NCBI GenBank assembly: GCA_033442325.1 | Contig: JAWQFM010000004.1 | Location: forward strand, 1,311,293 to 1,375,292 | Source: Salpingoeca rosetta | Lineage: Eukaryota; Protista; Choanoflagellata | Reading direction: 5' to 3' | Length of the DNA stretch: 64,000 nucleotides | In this document: positions 1 through 38,398 of the stretch, in pieces | Layout: each line of letters opens with the position of its first letter | Position numbering within the stretch: the stretch's first letter is position 1 | Notes under the pieces: generated by a model | Seen by the model: the letters and a program-made list of their open reading frames with translations, nothing else | What the model was told of the DNA's origin: nothing | Databases searched by the model: none | Position numbers and translations under genes: made by a program

Positions 1-3000
1 GGAGCGAGACGACCTGTTGAAGGCACTGGATGAGGCAAAGTCGAGCAGCAGCGAGGCGCAGCAGAAGGTGCAGGAGGCCGAGCGCGCTGCCAGGGACGCG
101 CTTGCTGCGCGCGTGCAAGAGCTTGAGCAGCAGAAGGACGAGGAACACAAGCGGTGGCAGCGTGAGGTGAGCGAGCTGCAATCCACGCTGGCAGAGCAGC
201 GCGGAGAGGCGCGCCAGCTGCAGGCCTCGCTGCGACAAGCAGAGGACAGGCTGTCCGCCAGCATTGAGGAGCGAGAGCGCCTCAAGCACGAGCTGCAAGA
301 GGCGGAGTCTCGGGCCGAGGGCGCAGCGGCAGCCACACGCACCGCTGAGCAGGATCTTCGGGAGCAGGTGGCCCGTGCTGAGGAGCGGTGCAAGCAGCTG
401 GAGGAGGAGCAGCAGGCGCTGCGGGACAAGTGCAAGAAGGCCGAGTCCGCCGTGGCCAAGCGCGACGCGCTGCACTCCAACAAGGAGGCCATGTACGCCA
501 AGCAGATGGAGGGCTTCCAGTTTGAGACGCAGCAGTGGCGCGCGCGAGCAGAGACATATAGCTCGCAGCTGGATGAGTTGCGGGCACAGCTTGCGCAGCG
601 GCAACAGGAGTATGACACGCTCGCCCAGGAGAAACGCGCCGCCGCCACTGCTGCTGCCAGTGATGCAACCGGGTCCACAGGTACGGTGCAGCAGCAGGAG
701 TATGATGACGCGATGAACACGCTCAAGGACACGATGAAAGAGCTCGAGAAGGCCAAGGTGGAGGTTGCGCGGCTGGAAGAGGCGGTGGCGTTGCGCCAGC
801 GCGCGATTGAGGAGCGAGACGGCCGACTGGAAGACGTGGAGCGGGAGCTGGTGCACCTGCGAAGTGAGGTGGCCACGCTCGATGCAGACCTCTCACTGAA
901 GAACTCGTACATCGAGGACCTTGAGGCGGCAGTGAAGGATCGCAGAGGATACGCGTCCTCCACGGGCCGCCAGTCTGCCACGTCGCTCGTGTCGTCTGTG
1001 CCGGGGGTGGTGTCGCCGTCATCGCGTGCTGACTCATCGCCCTCGCAGCACACAGAGCACTCGCCACCGGCCTTTGCACACGAGCGCGCTGGCCGCAGCG
1101 GCGTTGGTGGTGGTGATGGTGTTGGCGGTGGTGATGGTGTTGGCGGTGGTGGCGCCAGCAGCACGGACGATGAAGTCGGTGGTGCGCAGGTGACGGCTGC
1201 GGGCGAGGGCCAGCGGAAGCGCGGTCCACGCCGCCCACGTCCGGGCTACCCTTCCTCAACCGCCATGACGCCCTCAACGACGACAGAGGCGTACCGCGAC
1301 CCAAGGTACGTGCCCGCGGAGGAGGCGCGCGTTGCGCAAGAGGAGCGTGATCAGTACGAGCACAGGATTGCGGGCCTGAAGGAGCAGGTTGTGAAGCTGA
1401 GGGAGGCGCTGCAAGCTGCACGCGCAGAGGTGGACACGGTCACCCGCAACCACGACCTGCACATCCAGCACTCGGAGGCGCGCGTGAAGGCGCTCAACGA
1501 CGAGCTGGCGACGCAGCAGGCGGAGTATACGCGCGAGCTGGAGCTTGAGAAGAAGAACCACAGGCAGGATGTCGATGCGCTGGAGGCGAAGCTGAAATCG
1601 CAGGTTGAGCGGCACGAGGAGGCGTGCAAGGGTCTCAAGTACCGCATCTCCGCAGACGGCAAGGAGCTGTCCACGCTCAAGCGGCGGCTTGATGAATCGC
1701 AGAACTCCCTCAACGAGCTCATCCAGCAGGAGCTGCGGACAGTGCAGCACCTGCGCGCGTTTGTGGCCTGCCACGACTACCGGCCCATGGAGGTGCACGA
1801 CGGGTGTGACCGCAGCACCGAGCTGCCGTTTGACCAGGGCGACCTGGTGTATGTGGTTGGCAGCGCAGACACGGACGGGTACTTTGAGGCGATTGTGCCT
1901 GGCCGCCGCGGCCTCGTGCCCAGCAACTACGTGGAGGAGCTACAGCTGAGCAGGGACGAGCTTGTGCGCAGCGCGCAGAGCAACAAGCCGCTGTGGAACT
2001 TTGTGATTCGCGAGGAGGACGAGAGCAGCGACAAGGCAACGACGTTGGCACAGCCGCCAAACGCACGCGCCTATGAGGGTGGCGGCCACGGCGGTGGTGA
2101 TGATGAGGCAGTTGCCGCTGGAAGGCAGGAAGAGGAGGCCAGGGAGCAGCAGCGACAGCTGCGGGCGGCCAGGATTGAGCTTGAGACGCTGCGTGCTGAG
2201 CAGAAGCGCCTCATGCACGACAAGGAGGACCTGCTCAACAGGATGGAGGTGCTGGATCTGGAGAACGGCAGGCTGCAGGGCGACGTGTCTGCCCTGTCGG
2301 CGCAGCTGACAGCACGCGCGCACTCGGACGCGGACAGCGGCGTGAACAACGAGAGCACGGAGGCACGCGCCGCTGTTGTGCGGTTGGAGGAGCGCCTTGC
2401 AAACGAGGAAGAGCTGTCACGACAGTACGGCAAGCAGCTGCGCCTGAAGCAGCAGGAGCTGGAGCGACACCAGCAGCGCGTGTCCGAGCTGGAGCAGCAG
2501 CAGCTAGCGGCCGGCCACGCTGGCGAGGAGCAGCGCGGGGCCCTGCAGAAGATGGCGGTGGCGATTCAGGACCTGGAGAAGCAGGTGGCAAAGCACAGGG
2601 CGGAGGCGGAGGATGCCACGGAGCGGGCGGCCCACGCCAACGACGCGCTGCGGCGGGTGCGGCGCGAGATGAAGGAGCAGCTCGAGAAGAAGGACGGCGA
2701 GCTCAAAGCGCAGCAGGAGGTGCTGGACATGCTCAGCAAGTCATACTCGGACAACATGACGCGCGACACACCCACACACGACGGCGGCAGTGATGGCCGC
2801 GGTGGCCGACAGCACAAGTCGCAGCAGCGGCGCATTCGCGAGCTGGAGGACATGTTGCATGCCAGCCGGGCGCGCAACGACCACCTGGAACGCATGCTTG
2901 ATTCCGCACACGCGGAGCAGCAGCGCATGACGGCTGAGATGCTTGATCTTGAGTCGCGCTACATTGTGGAGAGCATGGATCACGGCAAGCAGGAGGACAA

Positions 3001-6000
3001 GGCAGACGCGGGCCGGGCTGGCCGTGGTGACGATGGCGCTGATGGTGCTGATGATGAAGGTGCTGTACGCGGAAAAGGCGCCGGCAATCTGTTTGACGAC
3101 TTGCGCCAAGAGCAAGCCGGTGGTGCCCAGGCAATGAACAAAGGAGAGCAAGACGAGGAAGACGAGGAAGATGAGGTGGTGAAGGCGCGTCACGAGTACT
3201 CTGTGCAAGGCCGTGTCTCTGACGACAAGTATCGTCTCCAACAAGGGCTGCGTCGCCAGCGCGAGCGTGGTGAAGGCAGCTTGCGCGGTGTGCCCATGCG
3301 CGCACTGTCACCAACGTCGTCGCTGTTTGTGGAGCGGCGGGCGTTGTCGCAGGTGTCGACGGAGCGCTCTGTGTCGCCGTCGGAGGCGCTGCGTGCCGAA
3401 CTCGAGGCAGAGGCTGCGGAAGAAGAACAGCAGCAAAAGCAGCAGCAGCAGCAACAGCAGCAGGAAGCGCGTGGCACAACGCGGTCAACGAGCGCGGCAA
3501 GCAGCGAGCGGGATCCACAGACGCGGGAGTTCCTGGCAGAGATTCGCAAGCTGCAGGAGGTGCTGCATGAGAAGGAGCAGCACGTGAGCTACCTCGAGCA
3601 TGAGCTCGCAGCACTGCAGAAGAAGGTGGCGAGTGGCGAGGGCGAGTCCTCGAGCAGTGACGACGCCGGTGCTGGTGCTGGTGCCGATGAAGCGGTGGCG
3701 GTCAAGGTGCGGTCGCTGCAGTCGACGCTTCAGCAGCTGACAGCGGAGAACACGGAGTTGCAGGACCAGCGCAACCGCGCGCGCTCGCTGATTGTGAGCC
3801 TGAGCACAGCCATGCACGACACGGCAGCGCGGGTGCAGCACCTGCACACGTCGCGCCATGTCGAAGCAGTTGATGACGAGGCGCTGGCAACAGACGTGCA
3901 GGCGGTCGTGCGCAGCATGGAGCGTCTTGAGGCTGCGTACACACAGGGCATTGAGTTTGCCAACGGCCAGCGCGATGAGCTTGTGATTCGCCTGCAGGAG
4001 CTGCATCAGCGCGCACTGCAGCTTGAGGAGGACCTTGAGCGGGCAGAGGACCGAGCAGCGGCAGCAGCCAAGGCGAGACAGGCCAGCCAGGACGACGTGA
4101 CGCTGGCGCGACGTGCAAGCGTGCAGCTTGAGCGGGAGCGGGATGCTGCTGCTGCGTCTGTGAGGGAGGCTGAGGCGCGCGCAGTGGACCTGGAGGCAGA
4201 GCTGAAGGCCGTGCGTGCTCAGCTTGAGGACACGCGGGCGACACTGCAGGCGCGCATTGACGAGCTGACATCCTCGGCGGCAGCGGCGTCGGCGCAGCAT
4301 GCACACGAACTGCAGGAGGCACAGCAAAAGTTGGCAGAAGCAGAGGAGCAGCTGCGTACGGAGCAAAATCGCACACGCGAACAGCAGGAGGGGACGGCCA
4401 AGGAGATTTCGGACCTGAAGCAGCGGCTGGACGACGAGTTGGAACAAAAGGCGCAGCTGCAGGCGAAACTGACAGAGCACATCACGCTTGTTCGCGCCAC
4501 GCTGGAATCGCAGCAGACATCGTCGCACAGGTGGAACGACGAAGAGGAAGAGGATGAGGAAGATGAGGATGTGATCGGAGGAGAGGGTGGCGGTAGGAGA
4601 GCGAGGGGAGCAACGGGCGATGAAGATGAGGACAAGATGGAGGAGGATGAAGAGCACGTGCGACGTCTCACAGCTGAGCGCGCACGCCGACGTGAGCGGG
4701 TGTCGGCGTTGGCAGCGCGGTTGCAAGTTGAAGACGCCGCCCTGCACATCCTCGACGAATCGCAGGACGACAGAATACTCGAAGGTGTGTTTGGTTTGTT
4801 GGTTTGTTGGTTGGTTGGTTGGTTGGTTGGTTGGTTGGTTGGTTGGTTGGTTGGTTGGTTGTTTGTTTGTTTGTTTGTTTGTCTATGTTTGTAACTGCTT
4901 CATTGCACACCCACTTCCTCCTCACTTGTCCCCCTCCAACACACACGCACACATACAAACGCGCGCACGCATACGCTTCTGCTTGCAGAGTTTGACAAGT
5001 TGATGGAGCTCGTGAACCGGGAGCTGGCGGACACGCGCAAGCTGAAGCTTGAGCTCAAGGCGTACCGGCGACGCGTGCAGTCTGAGGAGACATCGCTCGC
5101 ACAGGAGAACAAGGACCTGCACACGCAGGTGATGACGCTTGAGGGCCGGCTGCGCAGTGTGCTGGAGGACATGCGGCACCAGACGCGTGAGCACGACGAC
5201 ACGATGCACCGCTTGCAGGCGCAGCTGGAGAACGCCAACACGAAGATCAGGCGGCTCGACGGCGCGCTTGCCGACATGCACGCCGAGGTGTCCCGCATCC
5301 ACCTTGCTTCGTCGCAGCAGGGGCAAAGCAGCATGCCTGGCAGCCCGCTGCGCTCGAGCACAACCGACCGCGCGGGCCAGGTGCTGCGCGACTTGCGGGC
5401 GCTGCAGTCGACGTACGCGCGCGTGGAGAGCGAGAACCGCGAGCTGCAGTCGGAGGTGCGACGCTTGCGACAACACATGCAGCAGACACACACGGTTGTG
5501 AAGGACGCACATGCTTTGCGCTCTGAGGTGCGGGAACACCTTCGCACGCCACTCAAGCACGCACGACAGCTGGACGAGCTGATGCGGGCGGAAGCGGACC
5601 TTGCTTCCGACGTGGACTGCCGCTCACACAAGACGCCTGAGCTGGACAGGTTCATGCGTGCAAGCATGCGCGAGTCTGTTGTGGGCGGTGCCGGCGAGAA
5701 GGCGCCGGAGGACGTGTTGGTGTTTCTGCGGGAGGAGCTTACGTCCTACCAGAAGATCTTTGAGGAGCTCAGCAGCACGACGAGCCTGCAGGCACGCATC
5801 ATCGACCAGCTCATGGCAGACAAGCGCGAACTCGCAAGAGACAGGTGTGTGCGTGTGTGTGCGTGTCTGTAAGCGTTGTGTGTACGTGTCTTAAGCGTTG
5901 TGTGTGTGTGTGCGCGTGTCCGTGCAATTGTGTGCTTTGGCGGGCCGGCTTGCCAATGTCGATGACTCCAACTCACACACACAACTCTTCTCTTCACACA

Positions 6001-6332
6001 TGCAAATCAGGGCGGCCACAACACGCGAGCCGCTTCGCGACGTGTCCAACAGTGGCGAAATGCACAGCAGCGACCAGCGACCCGGTGACGGTACGCTGCG
6101 TGCATCAGACCTCACCCAGCAGCACCAGCACGCACAGCGCTCAAGCACCGGCAGGGAGCTGCTCCGTGAGACGCACCACCACTACTACTACGATGCGGGC
6201 ACGCGCACCATGCCTGAGCGGGGGCGCGGGCCGACAGCTGTGCACAGTCGCCAGCAGGAGGCGGACGCCGCTCTCATCAAGGACGTGCAGCGCTTGCACG
6301 ACCAGCTCACGTCAAAGGAGAAGGTGCGGTTC

Positions 6333-6412
<80 letters not shown>

Positions 6413-7428
6413 TTTGTTTGTGTGCGTGTTTGGTTGTTTGTTTGTGTGTGTGTGTGTGTGTGTGCGTTGTTTGTTTGTTTGTTTGTCTCGCTTTGTCTTG
6501 TTGTGCAGGCTCCCGCTTGTGTTGTAGTTCTATACAGCACGTATCCCCCACTCACAGTCGTGACCCGTTTCATGCCAATGCATCACCCTACGTTGCGTCG
6601 AAACCCACGCAGGAGCTTGCACGAGTGCAGCGTGACTTGTTGCAGCACATGGGCCTGGTCTCCGAGCAGACGACGGTGATTGAGCAGCTTGAGAGCGTGC
6701 TCAAGTCGCGTGAGCACGACCTCAAGCGCGCAAAGGAGCACAACAACCGCGCGCAGCTGGAGGCCAAGACGCTTCGCCACGCCGTTGTTGAGCTTGAGAC
6801 CCGCATCACGTCGGCTGAGGAGGCGTACAAGGTGTCGCAGGACCACTGCGTTGTTGCTGACAGGCGCGCGCGTGACTTGGAGGCGCGACTGATGGAGAAG
6901 GAGCGCGAGCTGCGTGAAATGCTGACTCAGACCATTCGCCGTGAGCACGGTGGCGGTTCCGTCCACTCTCCATCATCGTCATCACCGCTCTCGTCCAAAA
7001 CAACCACGACAGCAGCAACAACGGCGGCAACATCGCACGAGCTTCGTGTGCAGACGGAAAAGGCAAACAAGTACCGCCTCAAGTACATTCGCGCAGAGAG
7101 TTTCCGCAAGGCGCTTGTGTACCAGAAGCGCTATCTCATTCTTCTGCTCGGCGGCTTCCAGGAATCAGAGAGCGCGACGTTGCGCGCCATTGCACAACTT
7201 GGCGACCTATCAGAGTCGACGCTCAGTCCCCTGCGTCGCCAGCAGCAGGACGAACACGGCCATCACCGCCATCGCCGCCATCATCATCATCATCGTGGCG
7301 AGGAGGAGGAGGAGAGTGGTCTGCGCCGGTTCAAGCGGGCAGCGCTTACTGTTCGCGCTGCCGTTCGTCTGCGTCTTCTCAGAAAGCAGTGGCAGGGAGC
7401 GCGCGAGAAGCTCTCACGCGTGCCCTAG
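1..7428 (+). CDS. Giant coiled-coil centrosomal protein, pericentrin/AKAP9-like, with internal SH3 and C-terminal PACT domain (5' end outside window)
   Basis: Exons <1-4784, 4989-5844, 6011-6323, 6613-7428 join in frame through GT-AG introns. Long heptad-rich E/Q/R/L sequence; SH3 at ~1760-1945 (FVACHDYRP...ELPFDQGDLVYVVG..DTDGYFEA...RRGLVPSNYVEEL); PACT signature KYIRAESFRKALVYQKRYLILLLGGFQESESATL and basic helix RRFKRAALTVRAAVRLRLLRKQW. Confidence 0.85.
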
Positions 7429-7441
7429 CTTCTGTGTGTGT

Positions 7442-7499
<58 letters not shown>

Positions 7500-7577
7500 T
7501 GGTGTGAGGGGGATCAAGAAGAATTAAAGTTGGAGGAAGACACAAGTGCAGTTCAAGTGCACACACAACAGTCGCGA

Positions 7578-7631
<54 letters not shown>

Positions 7632-7644
7632 ACACACACACACA

Positions 7645-7688
<44 letters not shown>

Positions 7689-7709
7689 CACGCGCACATA
7701 GAGTCGCAC

Positions 7710-8967
<1,258 letters not shown>

Positions 8968-9181
8968 CTCGTCTTCCTTCTTGCTCTTTGTCTTGCTTGT
9001 GTCTTTGCTGTTGTTTGTTTGTTGTTGTTTTGTATGTTGTTTTTTTGGGGAATGATGAAACTGAAATGAACAGGACAGGAATGCATGAGCGCTTGAGCGA
9101 GGATTGAGGCATGTTGCGCAGAGGCGTACGCTCGGGAGCTCGGGATAGGGTGTGATGTAGTGATGTGATTCAAGTCAGTAG

Positions 9182-9368
9182 TCAGCGCATCATGCACGGC
9201 TGAAGACTCGTGCAGTCAAAGTTTTCATAGCAGAAGTCAGTTGAGCCAATCGTAACACGTGGGCAGTCGCACACAGGTTCGCCAGCCTCAACAATACAAG
9301 TGCCGCCATTTTTACACAGAGAAGAAGGACACGTCGTCGTCATCGTCGTTGTTGTCGTCGTCGTTGTT

Positions 9369-9424
<56 letters not shown>

Positions 9425-10240
9425 CGTCGTCGTCGTCGTAGTCGTAGTCGTAGTAGTTGTTGTTGTTGGTGGTGGTGGTGGTGTTGTTGTTGTTGTTGTT
9501 GCTGATAATGATGATGATGGTGATGTTCGAGCGGCGATTGTCGTTGCTGTCGAGATTGGTATCATTCTTGCTAAGGTGGTCGACATGTTTGCCTCAGTTT
9601 CGTTTCCATTGGACATATTGCTCGCCTGGGACGAAGGGTGTCCAGGATTTCCAAGCAAAACAATCGGGATCGTGATCGCAACCACGGCCGTTAGGAGCAA
9701 AGTTGTGAGAAGAAGGAACGCCTGCGTTCGATTGCATCTCCTCGACGACACGGGAACCTGGCCCGTGCGATTGTTCCATGCAAATGGGCGTTTTCGTTGG
9801 GGTGAGACGAACTCTGCGGAGCTCACAGCTCGCGCCGTCCGCACATCGAACACAGTTTCGTACGTGGGGTTCTGCGCACAGAGCTGTCTCCGTGTTGGTT
9901 GTTCCGCCCCCCGAGTGGGAAGCGGGTAAGGCTCAAGATATGTTCGCTCAACGTGCGGTTCAAGATACGTGCGCTCAACGTGCGGTTCAAGATACGTGCG
10001 CTCAACACGAGTTTCATGCAGATGACTTGGGTCATGGCGAGAATCCGTGACACTTTCCACAACTTCATACACCTGGCCTGTTGGCGGTTGTCGCTCGTTA
10101 AGCTGAAGCCCTCCCTGTTGCTCATGCAACCTGGCAAAGTCGCCAATTGCAGGGACCTGGTAAGCCAGACCATCAACGACTGAGTCGGTGGCAAAGGGAT
10201 GGGCCTTCTCCTCATCTTGATCCAAAGAGAACAACGCCAT
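9182..10240 (-). CDS. Predicted type II membrane protein: tyrosine-motif cytoplasmic N-terminus, TM helix, Thr-rich mucin stalk, C-terminal EGF-like domain
   Basis: Single open frame; first ATG at 10240 (frame open to 10276, where a CAG acceptor could join an upstream exon). TM AFLLLTTLLLTAVVAITIPIVLL; poly-Thr stalk; EGF-like CPSSLCKNGGTCIVEAGEPVCDCP...C. Confidence 0.75.
9931..10008 (-). repeat. 27-bp coding tandem repeat, 3 copies ((H/R)VERTYLEP)
   Basis: Plus-strand unit ~tcaagatacgtgcgctcaacgtgcggt repeated three times. Confidence 0.9.
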
Positions 10241-10992
10241 TTTCTTGCTTGTACGGGGACGCTCATCCTCCTGCAAGCGAGACCAGAAGGACCACAGAAA
10301 CTATTGAGAGCAGGTCGCGACATAAGAATAATGGAACAGAAGAAGAACACCTAAACGGGCGGGGGCAAGGGCAAGCCTCCCGGAGTCCCAGCTCTAGCAT
10401 CCGTGGCATCGAGCTCTCGAACGGCCCTCTCCCATAGTCTCAACTTCCTTCTTAAGTCTATCGTCTACGTTGTCTCTTCCTCCAACTTCCCCTTTGCTTC
10501 GCATTCTCAGAGAGATCAGTCTCAGTGGTCGAGTGCTCTTACACGTAACTCCTCAGCACTTTCAAGTTGATAGAGCTAGAGCACGAGAGTAGCCGCCTTT
10601 TGGTAGTTGAGGAGGGGAGCTACGACACGACAGCAGGACAGCAGGCTAACTCTGCCAGTTTCAACACACTGGCATCACTTTCAGCCAGTCCACCAACCGA
10701 AGGAACTGGCCTTATTTCAGACATAGTCATCACACGGACGCACACACAGAGGCATAGAGGGCACAGACACAAACACGACCACACGAACACAGGAACACAC
10801 ACCGACACACACACAACCCAAACCCAAGAACCCACCTCGAGTTCACCCACCTCAGTCCCCATAAAAGCCGCCATCCTCCTCCAGTTTGCCGCAATCGAAA
10901 ATCTGCTGACTCACATCAAACGCCACACACATCCACTTCCCTCATCATCAACCGACAACCAGCCACACAACCCCCATCTACACCGACGAGAG

Positions 10993-12914
<1,922 letters not shown>

Positions 12915-13508
12915 AGCAGATGCGCGTGGACAACAGCAGCAGCGACTGCTGATTAAGTGCATCCTCCTCCCCGCAGACATAGTGCCTTCCCCTCCCCCAA
13001 CAGACACGCACACACACACATACATGCACACAGATGCATACACATGCCACTGCTTTGCCGTTACGTTCAATGACACAAGCAACTATGGATTTGTAATGGC
13101 GGGTATCAACACAACAAACACGCATACACACGCATACACACTGCACGCATCTGTGCACGCAGTGCAAACAACAGCAGGTTGCGTAACGGCACCACAAAGC
13201 GGTGGAAATGAATGAACTCGAAAGAAGAATGCGCGTGGCGCTCAAAACATTACATCGTCATCATCGCCACACAAGTAACACGTCTTCAGCTAAACCCTAC
13301 TACACACACACACACACACACACACGCACCATGGCGAATCACGCGTCGCATGCCAACGCAACAGAATAGGAGCAGAAGTGCTCATCGTGATAACAATGCC
13401 CCTTTGCAGTCAGTAAACATCATGACACATCACAACACAAAACACCATACATGTCACATGACTTGCACACATCACTGTCACATCACACCAACATCACGTC
13501 ACGTCGCA

Positions 13509-26392
<12,884 letters not shown>

Positions 26393-27163
26393 CTTTGCTG
26401 CTCCAGAGGGGCGTGGAACGCGCGTCTGCTGCTTGTGTAGACTTGCTTGCGTCACAAATCGGCAAGCTACGCACACGCCACACAAGTGGTCTGAGCTGGT
26501 CTGCAGCGTGCAGAGATCCTCAAGCGGCGGTGGTGGTGGACGGGTTTGAAACAAGGAGAGATTGCAAACAAGGAGAGGGTGTCGGAGCAAGGAAACCCGA
26601 ACAAGTGAGCAAAGCACGAAAGGAAGGAACAATGTACACTCCACTACACTCGCACTCGTGTGGTGGTGTTTGAGTGGGTGAGGTAAATTGCAAGGTAGTT
26701 GAAACGCAGCAGCACAAGGACAGCAGCAGAGGCAAATGCACAGAGGGTCAAGCGGGGAAAGGGAGGGTGTTGTGGTGCAGGGAGATCTGTGGGTATGGGA
26801 GGTGGGGTGCGATTCAAGCCACAAGACAAGCAAGCCACAAGGAAAAGCGCACAAACACTTCAGCACTTCGCAGCAGCAGCCAGCCACGCCAGCCGAACAA
26901 AGGAGGGGAGGAGGAGCGCGTAGATGATTCCTGAATAATTTCCACCAACAGTCGTTGCCACTGTCCTTGACTGTCCTCTTCGCTACGTTAAGGCAAAGGA
27001 AGCAACGCTGTTGATTGGTTGGTTTGGTGTGCCACGCCATCCACCCACCTCATCAGCGTCAACAAACGCACGAAGCAACGAACGCAAGCAACGAACGGAC
27101 GCAACAGACCAAGCAGTCGACGTCAACCGACCCTCGGTCCGTCGTCATCCCAAGTCGTGCACG

Positions 27164-29100
<1,937 letters not shown>

Positions 29101-29460
29101 ATGGCGGTATTGAACACCTTGTCGTGCTCGCAATCTTGAGGCCTGCCGTCCATCGTGCCGTTGCCCATCCATCTTAACATAAAACCAGCAGTCACGCAAC
29201 CAGCAAGAAAGCAAGCAAGCGTAAAGTTGGCATTCTCACGTCTCACGCCACAATCAAGTTGTTCTTATGCAATTGTGCGCTCTTCTTTGCTTGTTTGCTT
29301 GGGGTAGCTGGTGGACTGATGTATTTGTTTTCGGGTTTGGGCTTGGCATGACTGGCGTTGTATCACATACACTCACACAAAGCAACAACACTCGCCGCAG
29401 ACAAAGACATGCATGCAACCTGTTCGCTGTGACAAAGACAAGTCTATCAAATCCACAAAC

Positions 29461-29493
<33 letters not shown>

Positions 29494-29552
29494 TTTTGAC
29501 GCACGGAATAACGATCGCAGCAGTCGCACCAGCCACGCACGCAACAGAGCAG

Positions 29553-36177
<6,625 letters not shown>

Positions 36178-36528
36178 CTTTGCGGCCTTGTGTTTGTCGG
36201 TACGACTCAGCCCACCCCTGCTATCACGTTGCTCTCTGACTCTCTGGCTCTGTGGTGGCTGTGTTCGTTCTCACCAGCGCCTGCTGTGTGCCTCGTTGCT
36301 CGTCTTGTTCCTCTGCCGCGTTCAGTGTGGGCGATGGCGATTGCATGGAGATATTGCAGATTGTCAATATGCGGAAAACGTGCATTATCGTGGACAATTC
36401 TTCGTGGGTTTTCCACGCTCAAGCCACCCCACGCGAGCGCTGCTGTGCCTTTTTCTCGCCACCAGCACCACCGACGACTACCACCACCACCCCTTCCTCT
36501 CTCTGCTTCCGCAGCAGCTGCTGTCAAG

Positions 36529-37909
36529 ATGGTGAACGTGCCAAAGTCTCGCAGGACCTTCTGCCCGAGCAAGCATTGCTCTAAGCACAGGCTGCACAAG
36601 GTCACCCAGTACAAGGCCGGCAAGGCGTCCCTCTTCGCCCAGGGTGCGTAGAACAGTGATGTGCTGTGGTGGTGTGGTGTGATGGTGTGTTATGGATGTG
36701 TGATGGATGTTATGGCGCGAGCACGCGGTGCGGTGGTTGTCGCTGTTGATGGCGAAGCTGCAGAATACAAAGAACCACGGTGATGAGAAGGTTGGAGGCC
36801 CTTTGTGGCGGTGAAGGCACGCTAGAGACACGGCTGGTTGATGACGAAGCAGATGAACAATCAACAGCAGCAGCGGCGACCACACGTGCGGTTGCCGGTG
36901 TTACGGGCGAGATGATGACTGCAGCGACAACACCAAAGAACGACAACAACAGAGACAAGCAGCATCCTGACGCAGCTTGTGCTTGTGCTGCGCTACTTTG
37001 GCTCCACACTGCTGATATGCTGACGATGATGAAGTGCAGACGATGCGTGCAGTGCAATGTGCCAGACGTTACTGAAGGCGTAACAAACAGTCCATGCCGC
37101 TTCACACACACACACACACACACACCGCAAACACACCCTACACACTCTGCTGCTGTTCCTTGTTTGATGTGTGCCGTTGGTTAACATGTGTCTCCGTGCC
37201 TTGCTGTCATTCATCTCTGCGTGTGTGTAGGTAAGCGTCGTTACGACCGGAAGCAGAGCGGTTTCGGTGGTCAGACCAAGCCCATCTTCCGCAAGAAGGT
37301 GCTTGTCTCATGCATGTCATTGGAGGCGATGTTCCGTGCACTGAGGAAGCGGAGGAGAGTGGAGAGGTGTGGTGCTGTGGTGGTGGGAGGGGGGAGAGCG
37401 CGTGTGTTGTTGAAACGTGTGGCTGGGGTTGAGCATCCAGAGAGCGCATGCGGTGTGGGGTGCTTGTTGCACCTCGTCACGGTTCGGTGTCTGATGTCTG
37501 GGATCGATCCACGTGCGATGCGTGACACTCATGCATGAGCCTTTTGCATGTGCGGGGATGATCGACAATGGATGGCGTGTGACACCAACAACAGGCCAAG
37601 ACCACGAAGAAGATTGTGCTTCGTCTTGAGTGCACCGTCTGCAAGAACAGGCAACAGCAGGTCATCAAGCGCTGCAAGGTCTTCATCCTTGGCGGTGACA
37701 AGAAGAGGAAGGTATGTATCCTTTGACGCGCTCGCTCGTGTTGCGTTCGTTGATGAGGCGGGGGGGGGGGTGATGATGAACTACCATATTGCCGCAAAAC
37801 ACGCACACACACACACCCTCTGTCTCTCCCCCCTCTGCGCACTCACACACTGCTGTCCCTTGTCGCGGTTGCTTGCCCTTGTTTCCAGAACGCCATGATC
37901 ACCTTCTAA
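36529..37909 (+). CDS. RPL36A: 60S ribosomal protein eL42 (L36a/L44)
   Basis: Exons 36529-36643, 37231-37298, 37595-37711, 37889-37909 give [12 protein letters not shown]...[52 protein letters not shown]...[22 protein letters not shown]. Confidence 0.98.
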
Positions 37910-38211
37910 GCAGTGACCACTGGTCAACCACCCCTTCCGAAACTGTTGATCGTCCCTTCCTTCTTTGCTTCAGTCATGTTTGTGATGTGATGCGATGCGC
38001 AATACACTGAACAACTGATCGAATGACAGCGTTCACCCCGCGACATTGCTGAAGGGGAAGGGAGAGGAATGTGACGTTTAATCTTACACACACGCGCACG
38101 CAGTCGTTCAAGCCAAGCGAAGATGCGAGGGAGGTTCTGATGTGGTCCGAGTTAACGATGTGAACACAAAAAGAGGAAGCAGACATGAAGGCGACATCCG
38201 TTGATTTGAGT

Positions 38212-38301
38212 TCACCCCAAGCCAAGTTGCGAGAGAGTTGCGGCTGTTTCCTGCGCCACAGCCTTGAGAGCATACGTTGGTAACTGTGTGTGCGTGCGTG
38301 C

Positions 38302-38398
<97 letters not shown>

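Noticed and set aside
3485-4747. Long antisense ORFs over gene 1 and other GC-rich CDSs
   Set aside because: Expected shadows of GC-rich codon usage; no recognisable domains.
10280-10720. Repeat-free segment of distinct composition, possible transposon remnant
   Set aside because: No terminal repeats, target-site duplication or transposase/RT motifs recognised; most simply the divergent promoter/UTR region.
36644-37888. Possible box C/D snoRNAs in RPL36A introns (RTGATGA at ~36780, ~37026, ~37770; CTGA at ~36967, ~37072)
   Set aside because: Spacing is atypical and I could not see terminal stems or rRNA antisense elements; needs snoscan/Infernal.
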